Positions 35,007 through 44,716 of a stretch of 64,000 bases of DNA are shown here, piece after piece (position 1 is the first letter of the stretch; the number at the start of each line of letters is the position of its first letter). This DNA comes from Myxococcota bacterium (GTDB taxonomy: Bacteria; Myxococcota_A; UBA9160; SZUA-336): contig CBDFGR010000003.1 in the NCBI GenBank assembly GCA_965247115.1, forward strand, positions 1,472,001 through 1,536,000. The letters are read 5' to 3'. The notes below the pieces were generated by a model. That model did no database searches, was not told the DNA's origin, and saw only the letters and a list, made by a program, of their open reading frames with translations. The position numbers and the translations under genes were made by a program.

Positions 35007-36836
35007 TCAGGGTGCCCGGACTCTCTCCGTCGGTATACGCACCTGTCCACCAGCATAGTGGAATCGGAGCTGCCTGCTCTGGTCGTAGAGCATCACCTCT
35101 CGAACTCCCTGATAATGAAGCCGCCTGGCGATCTCTGTTCCTTCCGCGCGCTGCTCCTCCACCGACATCTTCTTCCACCCGGGCAAGATCGCGCCGACGA
35201 AGAGACGCCCGAAGCCCTGCTTGCGGTAGCCCGAATCGATGTAGCTCGACAGGTCCGCAAGCCTCTCCTCGCTGAAGAGATCAATGGGCCGCGGCTTGAT
35301 CATCTGGAAGCGCATGCCCACCGAGCCCAGCAGCACCACGAACAGGATAGCAGCTGCGCTGATTCGCTTGGCCTTTGTGTCGAGGAAGACGATGGAGGGG
35401 CGCCAGCTCCCCGCATCCGCCGCGGCCCGGAGCGCCTCCCCGCCACCTTCGATAAAGCTCGACTCGGCGCCGGCCTTGCGCGTTGCGTTTCGGATCAGCT
35501 CCGCCAGTGAGGCGTACAGATAGCGATGCTTCGTTGCCGAGATCTCGCGCGCATCGGCGTAGGCACCTTGAGCGATCTGCTGCTTCGTCGTCTGTCGGAC
35601 CTGCTCGTTGAGCTTGCGCACCCAGTCGGACTGGAGAACGGTCGGGCGAAGGCCGAGCTCCACATAGCGTGATCCGAGCGTCGGGAGACGCCGGATCGCG
35701 ATCCCCGTTGCCACCATGCTGCGAATGAGCTCGTCGATGGGCGTCGCGCCACTCGAGAATGCACTCTCCTCGCGCTCGCTCAGCTCCAGGCCTCCGATGA
35801 TCTCGGAGAGGAGCTCGCTGTCGTTTGTCTCGCCGCGCAGACCGTTTGTCTCGCCGCGCAGACGTCCGGCGATCGCACCCTCGACGCGCGCGATGCCCTC
35901 CCGCTGCGAGTCCACACGCTCTTGCGTGGTCTCTCTGGGCTCTACCACAGCGGGTGTCGGGACCACGGGATCGCGCCCGTCGATCCCACTCAGGGTCAGC
36001 GTCTCGTCGTCGTCGAGCTCCACCTCGATCGACAGGATGAGCTCCGAGTCGGCGATCCAGTCGTCCGTCCGCGTCTGGTCGAGCAGATCCTCGTGACGGT
36101 TCCAGACCGCGAGGTTGTAGCCGACGACGGCGCGCAGGATCGACGGGGAGAAGACGGACTCGCCGAGTCCCTGCTTGAGCTCGCGGATCTCCGCCAGCAC
36201 GGGGCTGACGTTCGTGGCCTCCTGCAGGCGCTGCGCCGCGTCGTCGAAGGTCTGGGCAACCTGGACGGGATCTGTGTCGGGATCCAGGGCATCGCCGAGT
36301 GCGTTGGAGTACAGGGTCAGTGCGGGACTGACTTGAACGGGATCGCGCACCATGCGGCGCACGCCAGCACACTGCTCCGACGCGATCATCGTGACCAGGT
36401 ACTCGGTGATCCTGTCGCGACCCGCGCGGCCGCTCTCTGTGCCCACGCAGAGATCCAGCAGGGCGATGACCTCGTCGGAGTAATCGAGGAAGGTCGTCGG
36501 GAGGGTGGCTCGCAGCTGGGAGAGGGGGATCCCCTCGAGCGCGGCGAGCAGCTCCTGCTTCAGCTCGGCGAGACGCAGATCGATCTCGGCGAGCTCGGGG
36601 CGCAGCTCGGGATCACCCGGAGCCGGCTCCCCGCCCCGCGCCAGGCACTTGCTGAGCACACCGAGCCGCTCGCGGATCTCGCGCCAGCGCTCGGGCGCCG
36701 GTAGGGCGCCCGGCGCGCAAGCCGATGGCTCGAGTGCTCGCTGGGCGCCCCGGAGTGCGGCGAAGCTGCGAACTCGTTCTAAGACTTCGAGCTTCGCCGC
36801 AGAGGCCTGACCGGACTCGGACATGGACGCCATCAC
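35007..36836 (-). CDS. Hypothetical protein with C-terminal transmembrane helix
   Basis: 609-aa ORF with GGAG SD, helical composition and a single TM segment (ISAAAILFVVLLGSVGM). Confidence 0.75.
   Translation of the reverse strand: MMASMSESGQASAAKLEVLERVRSFAALRGAQRALEPSACAPGALPAPERWREIRERLGVLSKCLARGGEPAPGDPELRPELAEIDLRLAELKQELLAALEGIPLSQLRATLPTTFLDYSDEVIALLDLCVGTESGRAGRDRITEYLVTMIASEQCAGVRRMVRDPVQVSPALTLYSNALGDALDPDTDPVQVAQTFDDAAQRLQEATNVSPVLAEIRELKQGLGESVFSPSILRAVVGYNLAVWNRHEDLLDQTRTDDWIADSELILSIEVELDDDETLTLSGIDGRDPVVPTPAVVEPRETTQERVDSQREGIARVEGAIAGRLRGETNGLRGETNDSELLSEIIGGLELSEREESAFSSGATPIDELIRSMVATGIAIRRLPTLGSRYVELGLRPTVLQSDWVRKLNEQVRQTTKQQIAQGAYADAREISATKHRYLYASLAELIRNATRKAGAESSFIEGGGEALRAAADAGSWRPSIVFLDTKAKRISAAAILFVVLLGSVGMRFQMIKPRPIDLFSEERLADLSSYIDSGYRKQGFGRLFVGAILPGWKKMSVEEQRAEGTEIARRLHYQGVREVMLYDQSRQLRFHYAGGQVRIPTERVRAP
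35822..35863. repeat. Exact 21-bp tandem duplication (CGTTTGTCTCGCCGCGCAGAC x2)
   Basis: Read directly; in-frame (LRGETN repeated). Confidence 0.9.
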
Positions 36837-36860
36837 TCCCCTCCTTGTGTGCTCGCCCCG

Positions 36861-37319
36861 CTAGCGGTGGCGCGGGTGGAGGCGGGCGGGCGCGTTGCTC
36901 GGGTTGTCTGTTCCCTGGTTGGGGCTGTTGTCCCTGCCGCTCCCGAGGCCGGGGTTCGTGCCGTCGCTGAGGCCAGAGCGGCTGTTCTCCCCGGGGGCCT
37001 TGTCCGGCCTGTTGTGGTCCGCACCCGACGCGAGCGTGCTCCCGTCATCGGCCTCCTCCACGCCGTCACCGGGGTCGCCGTCGGCTATGGTCGGCGCGGG
37101 ACCGTCCGGTACGAGCGCACCGGGCACACCATTGGTGGGCGGCACGGTCCCGGTCGGTCGTTCGATCTCCACGGAGTTGCCGAGGATCTCGTCCGAGAGC
37201 AACAGGATCTCTCCGGAGTCGACCTGTCTGTCCGCGGCGCTGGTGCCAGGGGCAAGCAGGACGAGCGAGAAGCTCAGCATTGCTGCTGCGCTGATTCCGA
37301 TCAATTGCATCAACTTCAT
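36861..37319 (-). CDS. Secreted low-complexity Gly/Asp/Asn/Pro-rich protein
   Basis: Signal peptide (MKLMQLIGISAAAML...TSAA), GAGG SD, C-terminal SGLSDGTNPGLGSGRDNSPNQGTDNP. Confidence 0.7.
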   Translation of the reverse strand: MKLMQLIGISAAAMLSFSLVLLAPGTSAADRQVDSGEILLLSDEILGNSVEIERPTGTVPPTNGVPGALVPDGPAPTIADGDPGDGVEEADDGSTLASGADHNRPDKAPGENSRSGLSDGTNPGLGSGRDNSPNQGTDNPSNAPARLHPRHR

Positions 37320-37362
37320 CTGGATCACCTCTTCTTTCAATCGAACCACTGCAACGACCGGG

Positions 37363-37848
37363 CTAGTCCTTCAGGATGATGTTGTTCTCAATCATCAGGA
37401 CGTCGAGGACATCGTCACCGGGCACGAGATCCGCCGTGGCGACCACGGAGAAGTTCGCGTCCGGATTTGCGTTGATATCAAAGGTCTGGAGCTGGAAGCG
37501 GTAGTAGTTGCCGTCAATCTGGGTCGGGGAGATCACCACGCCGCCTTCGAGCTCGAACCCGATGCGCGCGAACGTGTCGCCGTACTGACCGACCTCGGCA
37601 ATGTAGGCTGTCTGTGCGGTGTGCATTCCGCCGAGAGCCAGGTAGGCCTCGGCGCGATGTGTGCGCAACATGATGTGCTTGGCGCGTGGAATCGCCACGG
37701 AGGCGAGCACCCCGATGATCGCGATGACCAGCAGGAGCTCGACCAGTGTGAAGCCGACGGGGGAGCTGCTGCGGGGTGAGCCGGGCAGGCATCGCGCGGC
37801 GTGCGCGCTCTTGTTGGCGCGCGCGTTCGCCTCTCGAGACTTGAACAT
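37363..37848 (-). CDS. Type IV pilin-like protein (prepilin N-terminal cleavage/methylation motif)
   Basis: G/FTLVELLLVIAIIGVLASVAIP, RAEA. ATG 37848 after AAGGGAG. Confidence 0.9.
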   Translation of the reverse strand: MFKSREANARANKSAHAARCLPGSPRSSSPVGFTLVELLLVIAIIGVLASVAIPRAKHIMLRTHRAEAYLALGGMHTAQTAYIAEVGQYGDTFARIGFELEGGVVISPTQIDGNYYRFQLQTFDINANPDANFSVVATADLVPGDDVLDVLMIENNIILKD

Positions 37849-37854
37849 CTCTCG

Positions 37855-37948
37855 CTCCCTTCGATAGCCGTTCGACCCGTCTGTCTGTGCAGGTGAGGGC
37901 ACTGGCTTTGCGTCCCCGTCTTTCGGCGGGTTTGCCATTGTCGAGGAG
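37855..37948 (-). ncRNA. c-di-GMP-I (GEMM-I) type riboswitch aptamer, G20/A47/U92 variant
   Basis: Minus strand CTCCTCGACAATGGCAAACCCGCCGAAAGACGGGGACGCAAAGCC...GGCTATCGAAGGGAG: GGCAAACC, GAAA tetraloop, GGGACGCAAAGCC and P3/P1 closure. Confidence 0.85.
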
Positions 37949-38118
37949 CCGGCAGAACAAGTCGGCCTGTTCTCTCAGCTCGAACTCCTCATCGGAGTCC
38001 GGCGCGAGAGTCTTGAATCGATCTCGCCTGGGTGCTGGCGAGCGGAGTCGAGCGAGAAGCCCAAAGACTCGGCTACAGGGGAGCCTTCACGAAGAACTGC
38101 GGCAGAGCTGCCGGTCGC

Positions 38119-38967
38119 TCAGTCCTTCTCGAGCCAGCGGTTGAAATGCGGAGTGCGCTTCTCCCGGAACGCGGCCCCGCCTTCGCGCGCGTCTGGATGG
38201 TGGTCGGACACGGCGGTCTTCGCGGCAATCTCGTCGAGCGCCTGGTCGAAGGTCATCTCGGCGGCGTTGTAGATGGAGCGCTTGAGCAGGCGCATGGCGA
38301 CCTGCGGCCCGTTGGCGAGCTCGCGCGCAAACTCCAATGCCCGCTCCTCTAGGGCGTCGGGGGGCACCACCTCGTGCACCAGGCCCAATTCGAACGCCTC
38401 CTGGGCTGTGACGATCCGCTTGCGCATCAGGAAGTCCATGGTGCGCGCAACGCCGAGCAGCTGCACGAGCAAGAACTGCCCGCCCTCGTCCGGCAGCAGT
38501 CCGAAGCGCAATGTCGCGCTGCCCATGCGTGCGTCCGACGAGGCGATACGGAAGTCGCAGCTAAGGGCCAGCGAGAAGCCGGTCTGGATCGCGACCCCGT
38601 TCATGGCGGCGATCGAGAGCTTGTCGAGGTTTCGCAGCGCCTGGTTGACCGGCTGCGACAGCCCGCGCAGACCGTCGTACGTACCGATCGGTGTGTCATG
38701 GCCCGGGGGGATGTTCGGCACCAGCACGGCGTTCGGGTCCGTCGCATGGCCTGAGATGTCGTCTCCCGCCGAGAAGGCGCGCCCGGAGCCGCTGAACAGG
38801 ACCACGCGAACCGCATTGTCAAGCTGGGCCTGGATCAAGGTCTCGACCAGGTCGCGCTTCAGCGGCGCGGTCATCCCGTTCAGTCGCTTTGGCTCATTGA
38901 ATTGGATGTGCGCGATCCCCGGCTCCTGCAGGCTCACCTCGAAGCCCCGGAAGTTTCCCGTCTCCAT
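38119..38967 (-). CDS. Enoyl-CoA hydratase/isomerase family protein
   Basis: RAFSAGDD, AAMNGVAIQTGFSLALSCDFRIA, GLLPDEGG, AFREKRTP. Confidence 0.92.
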   Translation of the reverse strand: METGNFRGFEVSLQEPGIAHIQFNEPKRLNGMTAPLKRDLVETLIQAQLDNAVRVVLFSGSGRAFSAGDDISGHATDPNAVLVPNIPPGHDTPIGTYDGLRGLSQPVNQALRNLDKLSIAAMNGVAIQTGFSLALSCDFRIASSDARMGSATLRFGLLPDEGGQFLLVQLLGVARTMDFLMRKRIVTAQEAFELGLVHEVVPPDALEERALEFARELANGPQVAMRLLKRSIYNAAEMTFDQALDEIAAKTAVSDHHPDAREGGAAFREKRTPHFNRWLEKD

Positions 38968-38971
38968 GGTG

Positions 38972-39967
38972 TTACCCCACTAGCTGACGATAGATATTGG
39001 CGAGCTTCTTCGGGTCCGACTCCGCGATAGAGACCGAGTGCGACCGGAAGCCGGCTGCCTCTGCCTCATCGATCGCATCGATGCACTGCTCGACCGATCC
39101 GGCCGTGCCCAGCTGCTGGACGAGCTCGGCGGGCAGCGCGGTCGTGCCGGCGCCGGAGCCACCCTCCTCCCAGGCCTTGCGCACGGTGTCCGCCTGCTCG
39201 CGGTAGCCCATGCGCACGAAGTGTTCGTAGTAGTAGTCGCCCATGCGCGCGATGTAGAAGGCCGTGTTCGCGGCGAGTCCACCGTAGGTGCGCTTCGGGT
39301 CGTCCGTCACGGACACAGTGCTCGGGTTGCGCACGACCACGTCGTCTGGCTTCCGACCGGCCGCCTTGACCGCGTCGAAGAAGTGATCGAGCTGAGTCTT
39401 CCACTGCTCCTTCGGGATGAAGATCGGGAACCAGCCGTCCGCGATCTCGGCGGTCTGCGCGACAGACTTGGGCGTGACCGACGCGATCCAGATGGGAATG
39501 TGGTCGCGTACCGGCTCGAAGCGAAGCTTGAAGCCGCGCTCGAGCTTGAAGATCTTCCCAGAGTACACGAGCGGCTCCTGCCGCATGAGCATGTTGATGA
39601 TGTCGACGTACTCGCGCAGCCGTGTGAGCGGCCGACCGAACTCCACGCCGTGAAAGTGCTCGATCACGCGGATGCCGGAGCTGCCGAGCCCGATAATCAT
39701 GCGGCCACCGGAGAGCTCGTCGAGTGTTGCGAAGTGCTGTGCGAGCGCACCGGGGCTGCGCGAATAGTTGTTCACGATCGAGGTGCCGAGCTTGATCCGG
39801 CTCGTCTCGCGCACGAGCACCGCGAGGATCGTGAACGCGTCGCGGCCCCAGGCCTCGGCGACGAACAGGGAGTCGACGCCGGCGTCGTCGGCAACCTTGG
39901 CCTGCTCGATCACGTTGTCGATGTCGAAGGCGCCCTGCCAGTTGATCCCTATAGAGAGACTGCGCAT
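38972..39967 (-). CDS. LLM class flavin/F420-dependent oxidoreductase
   Basis: AEAWGRDAF, ATLDELSGGRMIIGLGSSG, AEIADGW. Confidence 0.9.
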   Translation of the reverse strand: MRSLSIGINWQGAFDIDNVIEQAKVADDAGVDSLFVAEAWGRDAFTILAVLVRETSRIKLGTSIVNNYSRSPGALAQHFATLDELSGGRMIIGLGSSGIRVIEHFHGVEFGRPLTRLREYVDIINMLMRQEPLVYSGKIFKLERGFKLRFEPVRDHIPIWIASVTPKSVAQTAEIADGWFPIFIPKEQWKTQLDHFFDAVKAAGRKPDDVVVRNPSTVSVTDDPKRTYGGLAANTAFYIARMGDYYYEHFVRMGYREQADTVRKAWEEGGSGAGTTALPAELVQQLGTAGSVEQCIDAIDEAEAAGFRSHSVSIAESDPKKLANIYRQLVG

Positions 39968-40042
39968 GTTGCTTTCTCCCGGCGCGAGCTCGCACCACGA
40001 GGGGCGAGTATATACCCCGTGACTGGTTCCGGGGTCCGTGGC

Positions 40043-40669
40043 TCAGGCGCCGCCCTCGCGACGAGCGAACACCAGCCACAGGGGATCACGGTTCGGTGGG
40101 GAGCGATCCAGGAACTGCGGCTCGCTGAAGCCGCCTGCGAGCTCGTGGTACGTCGTCACGAGCTGCACCCGGCGTGGAGGCGGCAGAGCGTGGAAGGCAG
40201 CGATTGCCTTGGTGGGGAACAGCCGATGCGACATGGCGACGATCGACAGCCCGCCGGGTCGGAGCACCCTGGCAATCGACGCGAACACCTCGGCGGGTCT
40301 GGTCAGGTACTGGATCGACACCGCGTTCACGACCGCGTCGAAGGACCCGTCCGCGTAGGGGAGCTCCGGCTTCCCATTGAGGTCGTGCACGACAAAGTCA
40401 CTCAGCTGCTGGTTGGCTTCGAGCTCCGCGCGGTTCATTCCCAGGCCGGCCACGCGAGAGTAGGTGGCGTCGGGCGGCAGGTGCGAGACCCACGACGACA
40501 TCAGGTCCAGCACGCTCGCACCTGGAGTCAGGAGCTCGCCGTAGACCTTCGTGAGCTCCGCAATGGTCTCGGGATCGATGTGGGTGACGAAGCGCGGAGC
40601 GTTGTAGAACTCGGCATCAGGAGATTCGTCCTGGCGACGGAAAAGCTCATCGGGAAGGCGGTCGCTCAT
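40043..40669 (-). CDS. Class I SAM-dependent methyltransferase
   Basis: FYNAPRFVTHID, VLDLMSSWVSHLP, LFPTKAI. Confidence 0.88.
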   Translation of the reverse strand: MSDRLPDELFRRQDESPDAEFYNAPRFVTHIDPETIAELTKVYGELLTPGASVLDLMSSWVSHLPPDATYSRVAGLGMNRAELEANQQLSDFVVHDLNGKPELPYADGSFDAVVNAVSIQYLTRPAEVFASIARVLRPGGLSIVAMSHRLFPTKAIAAFHALPPPRRVQLVTTYHELAGGFSEPQFLDRSPPNRDPLWLVFARREGGA

Positions 40670-40699
40670 GCAGCCGCCAGGGTCTCACAAGAGCCTCCG

Positions 40700-42130
40700 C
40701 TAGCACCAGCGCACGCGCACGCGGTAACGGATCTTCTCCTCGCCGCGCTTCGGAACGTCGACGTCGAACTTGAACGTGTGCGCGTCCTGCTTTTGCGCCG
40801 GATGGCTCGACGATACGATATCCCAGTCGCCCCCAACGGGCTCGAAGACCTCCACGCGCACGTCCTCGTCCTTGCGGTTGCGCAGCTCGATCTCCCAGGT
40901 GCTCTCCGACACGCAGCGGCCGAGCGCCTTGAAGTCCATCTGTCGGCGGTCCCCGACCACGTCGAAGGCCTCTCCCATCTTGATGCGGAGCTTCTCGTCG
41001 CGCGGCGTGTGGTCGATCCGGTCCTCGCCAATGAATTGCTGCGATCCCTCGGAGTCGGCCTTGTACACGCGCACGATGCCCTTGGGAAGCGGCATGCCCA
41101 GGCTGTTCTCCTCGCTGTTCTGAAAGTCGAGGTAAACGCCGACCTTCTGGTTGGAGATCACCTGTCCATATGAGCCGCGGTAATACTGGGCCGCGCCGTA
41201 GAAGATCAGTCGCTTCTCGACGCCGATGCCCGAGGCGGAGAGCAGCGTGACCTGCTTCTGCTCGTTGTTCAGGATCGTCGTGGGTCTGTCCAGCGTATAC
41301 AGGTGGTACTCGAAGAAGCTCTCCTCCGAGAATCCCGGGCTCGCCTCCGCCGCCATCGCCATGGTCTGACGGCGTCTGAGCTCGAGCTCCGCCCTTACTC
41401 TCTGCACGTCGCCGGCCACCAGCTTGAGCCGCGTGTCTGCGTAGCCGACGCCGCTCTGGTTGGTGAGCGTGACCCAGCCGGTGAGATCTCCGTTTGCATC
41501 GTTCTCGTCGATCACGAACACGTAGTCGGCCTTCCAGTTCAGCTGCTGGGCCAGGTACGAGACCTCGAGGTTGTGGTGCGGTCGGCCGCTGTCCAGAAGC
41601 CAGCTCAGCGTTGGCCTGGCGATCAGGTTCTCCGGGATCTCCGGAAACGAGATGCGGCCGGGGAAGTTGAACGTGATCTCGTCACCGATCTTGAGGATCG
41701 TGCCGCCGTTCGTTCCCAGCACCTCGGCTTCGTACTCCTCGTCGCGCCCCGTCACCTCGTTCCAGCGGTACACCTTGACCTGCCGCCCCACGTACTTCTC
41801 GAGCAGCTTCTGCGGGCTCAAGAGGTCGTACTGGTAGTTCTGCTCGAGCACGTTCAACCCGTCTCCGTCGAGCGAGCGGATGTAGACGGTCTCCGGCTGG
41901 ATCGTCGCGGCGACGTCGCCGAAGTCGAGCCGGACCTCCCCGCGCCCCAGCTCCAGGTTGCGGCGCTCGCGCACCAGTCCGAAGCCCTGGTTATAGATGG
42001 TGATGCTGAGCGCCTCGCGCTGCTCCGCGTTCGAGTGGAGCCGATTCTGCGCGGCCGCCGGGAAGCTCTGCACGAGAAGCAGCAGACACAAGGGCAGGTA
42101 GCTGCCGGTTAGCCGGAGTGCGCGTTGCAT
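40700..42130 (-). CDS. DUF4139 domain-containing exported protein
   Basis: Signal peptide, ITIYNQGFGLVRE, VLEQNYQYDLLS, FEYHLY, PLPKGIVRVY, IDHTP. Confidence 0.88.
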   Translation of the reverse strand: MQRALRLTGSYLPLCLLLLVQSFPAAAQNRLHSNAEQREALSITIYNQGFGLVRERRNLELGRGEVRLDFGDVAATIQPETVYIRSLDGDGLNVLEQNYQYDLLSPQKLLEKYVGRQVKVYRWNEVTGRDEEYEAEVLGTNGGTILKIGDEITFNFPGRISFPEIPENLIARPTLSWLLDSGRPHHNLEVSYLAQQLNWKADYVFVIDENDANGDLTGWVTLTNQSGVGYADTRLKLVAGDVQRVRAELELRRRQTMAMAAEASPGFSEESFFEYHLYTLDRPTTILNNEQKQVTLLSASGIGVEKRLIFYGAAQYYRGSYGQVISNQKVGVYLDFQNSEENSLGMPLPKGIVRVYKADSEGSQQFIGEDRIDHTPRDEKLRIKMGEAFDVVGDRRQMDFKALGRCVSESTWEIELRNRKDEDVRVEVFEPVGGDWDIVSSSHPAQKQDAHTFKFDVDVPKRGEEKIRYRVRVRWC

Positions 42131-42228
42131 TCGTGTCTCCTTCGGGGTGCTCTCGTGGGATAGGTCGCCACAGCCGCACAAATCGGATCGCGGGCATCCG
42201 CGCGTAGTGGATCCCCCGAGTGTGTCCG

Positions 42229-43113
42229 TCAGAGCAGCAGGGCGCCCTCGCGGATGAGCACGGCACGACCGCCGACCCGGATCTGCCAGCCATCTGGCGC
42301 TCGGTCGACGCGGACGGCAACGCGCCCGGGGCGTCCCACCTCATCTCCTTGCTCCGCGGTGTAGCGAAGTGGGGTCTGGGCCTGGCCGGTCTCCGCCAGG
42401 AAGGCGCCCACGCAGCCGTTGCCGCTGCCGCAGACTGGATCCTCCGGGATTCCCGAGCCGGGGGCAAAGCTACGCACGCGCACCTCGCAGTCCTGCGCCT
42501 GGGCCTCACGGCAGAAGACGGTCGCGGCCGTACCCGTGTGGGCCTCCAGCTCTGCGAGCGCCTGCATGTCGGGGTCGAGGCTGCGCACCCGCTCGAGGTC
42601 GCGCAGGGCGGCGACGTGCCAGGCGACGCCCACGGACACCGTGAGTGGTGGCGCGACGATGTCGGCGGGATCGATGCGGAGGGCAGCAGCGAGCTCGCCC
42701 GCCGACGGACCGGGCTTGAACTGGGGTGTGGGCTGCGTCATGAGGTAATTGCGACGCGAGTCCTCGCAGCTCACCTCGATGGGTTGCACGCCAGCCAGCG
42801 TCTGCTGGCGCAGGGTGAAGCCCCCTCCGTCGCGCTTGAGCGCGCCCGTTTTGAGCAGTGCGTGCGCCGTGCCGATGGTCGGATGACCCGCGAAAGGGAG
42901 CTCAGCTCTGGGAGTGAAGATGCGCACGCGATAGTCGGCTGCGGGAGCGCTGGCGGGGAGCACGAAGGTCGTCTCCGACAGGTTTGTTTCCTTTGCGATG
43001 CTCTGCATCTGGCGATCCGAGAGACCCGTGGCGTCGGGTATCACGGCGAGTGGGTTGCCTTCGAGTGGGGTCTCGGTGAAGACGTCGACCTGAACGATTG
43101 GGATTCGTGTCAT
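42229..43113 (-). CDS. PhzF family isomerase/epimerase
   Basis: VDVFT...GNPLAV, NLSETTF, RIFTPRAELPFAGHPTIG, EDPVCGSG. Confidence 0.92.
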   Translation of the reverse strand: MTRIPIVQVDVFTETPLEGNPLAVIPDATGLSDRQMQSIAKETNLSETTFVLPASAPAADYRVRIFTPRAELPFAGHPTIGTAHALLKTGALKRDGGGFTLRQQTLAGVQPIEVSCEDSRRNYLMTQPTPQFKPGPSAGELAAALRIDPADIVAPPLTVSVGVAWHVAALRDLERVRSLDPDMQALAELEAHTGTAATVFCREAQAQDCEVRVRSFAPGSGIPEDPVCGSGNGCVGAFLAETGQAQTPLRYTAEQGDEVGRPGRVAVRVDRAPDGWQIRVGGRAVLIREGALLL

Positions 43114-43697
43114 GCGGCGAGCTCCAGAGTAGTGAGTCGCAGGAAATAGCGATGCACTCGGGTGTCGCGCGTCAGCTCCGGGTGAAACGTACACGCCATG
43201 TGTGGTCCCTGGCGAACCCAGACCGGTGCCCCTCGCGTCTTGCCGAGAACACGGGACGCCCCCGGGTCCACGATCGCGGGAGCTCGAATGAACACGCCGC
43301 GGACTGGCCCCCCGGATAGCTCCGGTGCTGCGACGTCGTCTACGAAGCTCTCGGTCTGCCGGCCGTACGCGTTTCGCTCCACGGCGATGTCGAGCAGCGC
43401 GAGGCCGGGTGCGGCGGGATTCCGGACCTCCCGAGCCATCAGGATTGCTCCCGCGCAGGTGCCAAGCACAGGAGTCCCACGCGCGGCGAGCTCCACGATC
43501 GGGACGCAGAGGTCGCGTTCGTGGAGCTCTCGCTGCATGGTTGTGCTCTCGCCTCCCGGCAGGATCAGCCCGCTCAGGTCCTCGAGATCCCCCTTCCCGC
43601 GGACCAGGTGGGCGGTCCGACCGAGCCCCGCCAGGATCGCGGCATGGGCCGCGAAGTCTCCCTGGAGGGCGAGAATGCCGATCGCGTCCCCGCTCAC
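43110..43697 (-). CDS. pdxT: PLP synthase glutaminase subunit
   Basis: [40 protein letters not shown]. Confidence 0.96.
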   Translation of the reverse strand: MSGDAIGILALQGDFAAHAAILAGLGRTAHLVRGKGDLEDLSGLILPGGESTTMQRELHERDLCVPIVELAARGTPVLGTCAGAILMAREVRNPAAPGLALLDIAVERNAYGRQTESFVDDVAAPELSGGPVRGVFIRAPAIVDPGASRVLGKTRGAPVWVRQGPHMACTFHPELTRDTRVHRYFLRLTTLELAA

Positions 43698-44578
43698 GCG
43701 CCGCGCCGCTGGAGCTGCTCTCCGACGGGGATGGCCGCGACGGCGATGCCCTCCATGGCAGCGCCGAGCGGCTCCGCCGCCTCGACGAGCTGCTTTGCGT
43801 CGTCGTAGTGCGTGACCGCGCGCACAATCGCACGCGCGCGCAGCTCGGGATCGCTCGACTTAAAGATCCCGGAGCCGACGAACACCGACTCCGCGCCGAG
43901 CTGCATACACAGAGCGGCGTCGGCGGGGGTGGCGATCCCGCCGGCAGCGAAGTTGGGAACGGGCAGGTGTCCGGTGGCTGCCACAGTTCGCACGAGCTCG
44001 AGCGGTGCTCCGAGCTCCCTGGCTGCGGCGCCCAGCTCGCTGGCTGGGAGGCCCGAGAGTCTGCGCAGCTCGCTCGCGATGGCGCGCAGGTGGCGGACCG
44101 CCTCCACTACATCGCCCGTGCCTGCTTCCCCTTTGGTCCGGATCAGCGCGGCCCCCTCCGCGATGCGGCGCAGCGCCTCGCCCAGGTCGCGGCAGCCGCA
44201 GACGAAGGGCACCCGGAAGGGTCTCTTGTCGATGAAGTGCTCGCCGTCCGCTGGGGTCAGCACCTCGCTCTCGTCGATGAAGTCCACACCGAGCTCCTCC
44301 AGCATCTGCGCCTCGACGAAGTGGCCAATCCGCACCTTCGCCATCACCGGGATGGAGACGGCGCTCATCACCTCGCGGATCTTCGAAACCGCCGCCATAC
44401 GCGCCACGCCGCCATCGCGCCGAATGTCCGAGGGCACGCGCTCGAGGGCCATCACGGCGCAGGCTCCGGCCTGCTCGGCGATCTTTGCCTGGTCTGCGCT
44501 CGTCACATCCACGATGACCCCGCCCTTCAGCATCTCCGCGAGCCCTACCTGGACCTGGCGCAAGCTGGAGTCAGTCAT
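43694..44578 (-). CDS. pdxS: PLP synthase lyase subunit
   Basis: [52 protein letters not shown]. Confidence 0.97.
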   Translation of the reverse strand: MTDSSLRQVQVGLAEMLKGGVIVDVTSADQAKIAEQAGACAVMALERVPSDIRRDGGVARMAAVSKIREVMSAVSIPVMAKVRIGHFVEAQMLEELGVDFIDESEVLTPADGEHFIDKRPFRVPFVCGCRDLGEALRRIAEGAALIRTKGEAGTGDVVEAVRHLRAIASELRRLSGLPASELGAAARELGAPLELVRTVAATGHLPVPNFAAGGIATPADAALCMQLGAESVFVGSGIFKSSDPELRARAIVRAVTHYDDAKQLVEAAEPLGAAMEGIAVAAIPVGEQLQRRGA

Positions 44579-44597
44579 GATTCTCTTCCCTTTCTGA

Positions 44598-44716
44598 ATT
44601 GTATTTGTATTGGTTCAATATATGATTGATCAGGTATGTCCCGAGCTTATCAAGGGAGATCGAAGCCTACTTGACAAATCTCTCCAGTCAATTGTTATAT
44701 TGTCACCATGACAATA
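44598..44716. promoter_or_regulatory. AT-rich divergent promoter with MocR-type inverted repeats
   Basis: TATTGTCA-CCA-TGACAATA (44698-44716) overlaps the regulator start; TTGTATTGGTTCAAT lies near pdxS; TTGACA at 44671. Confidence 0.6.
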
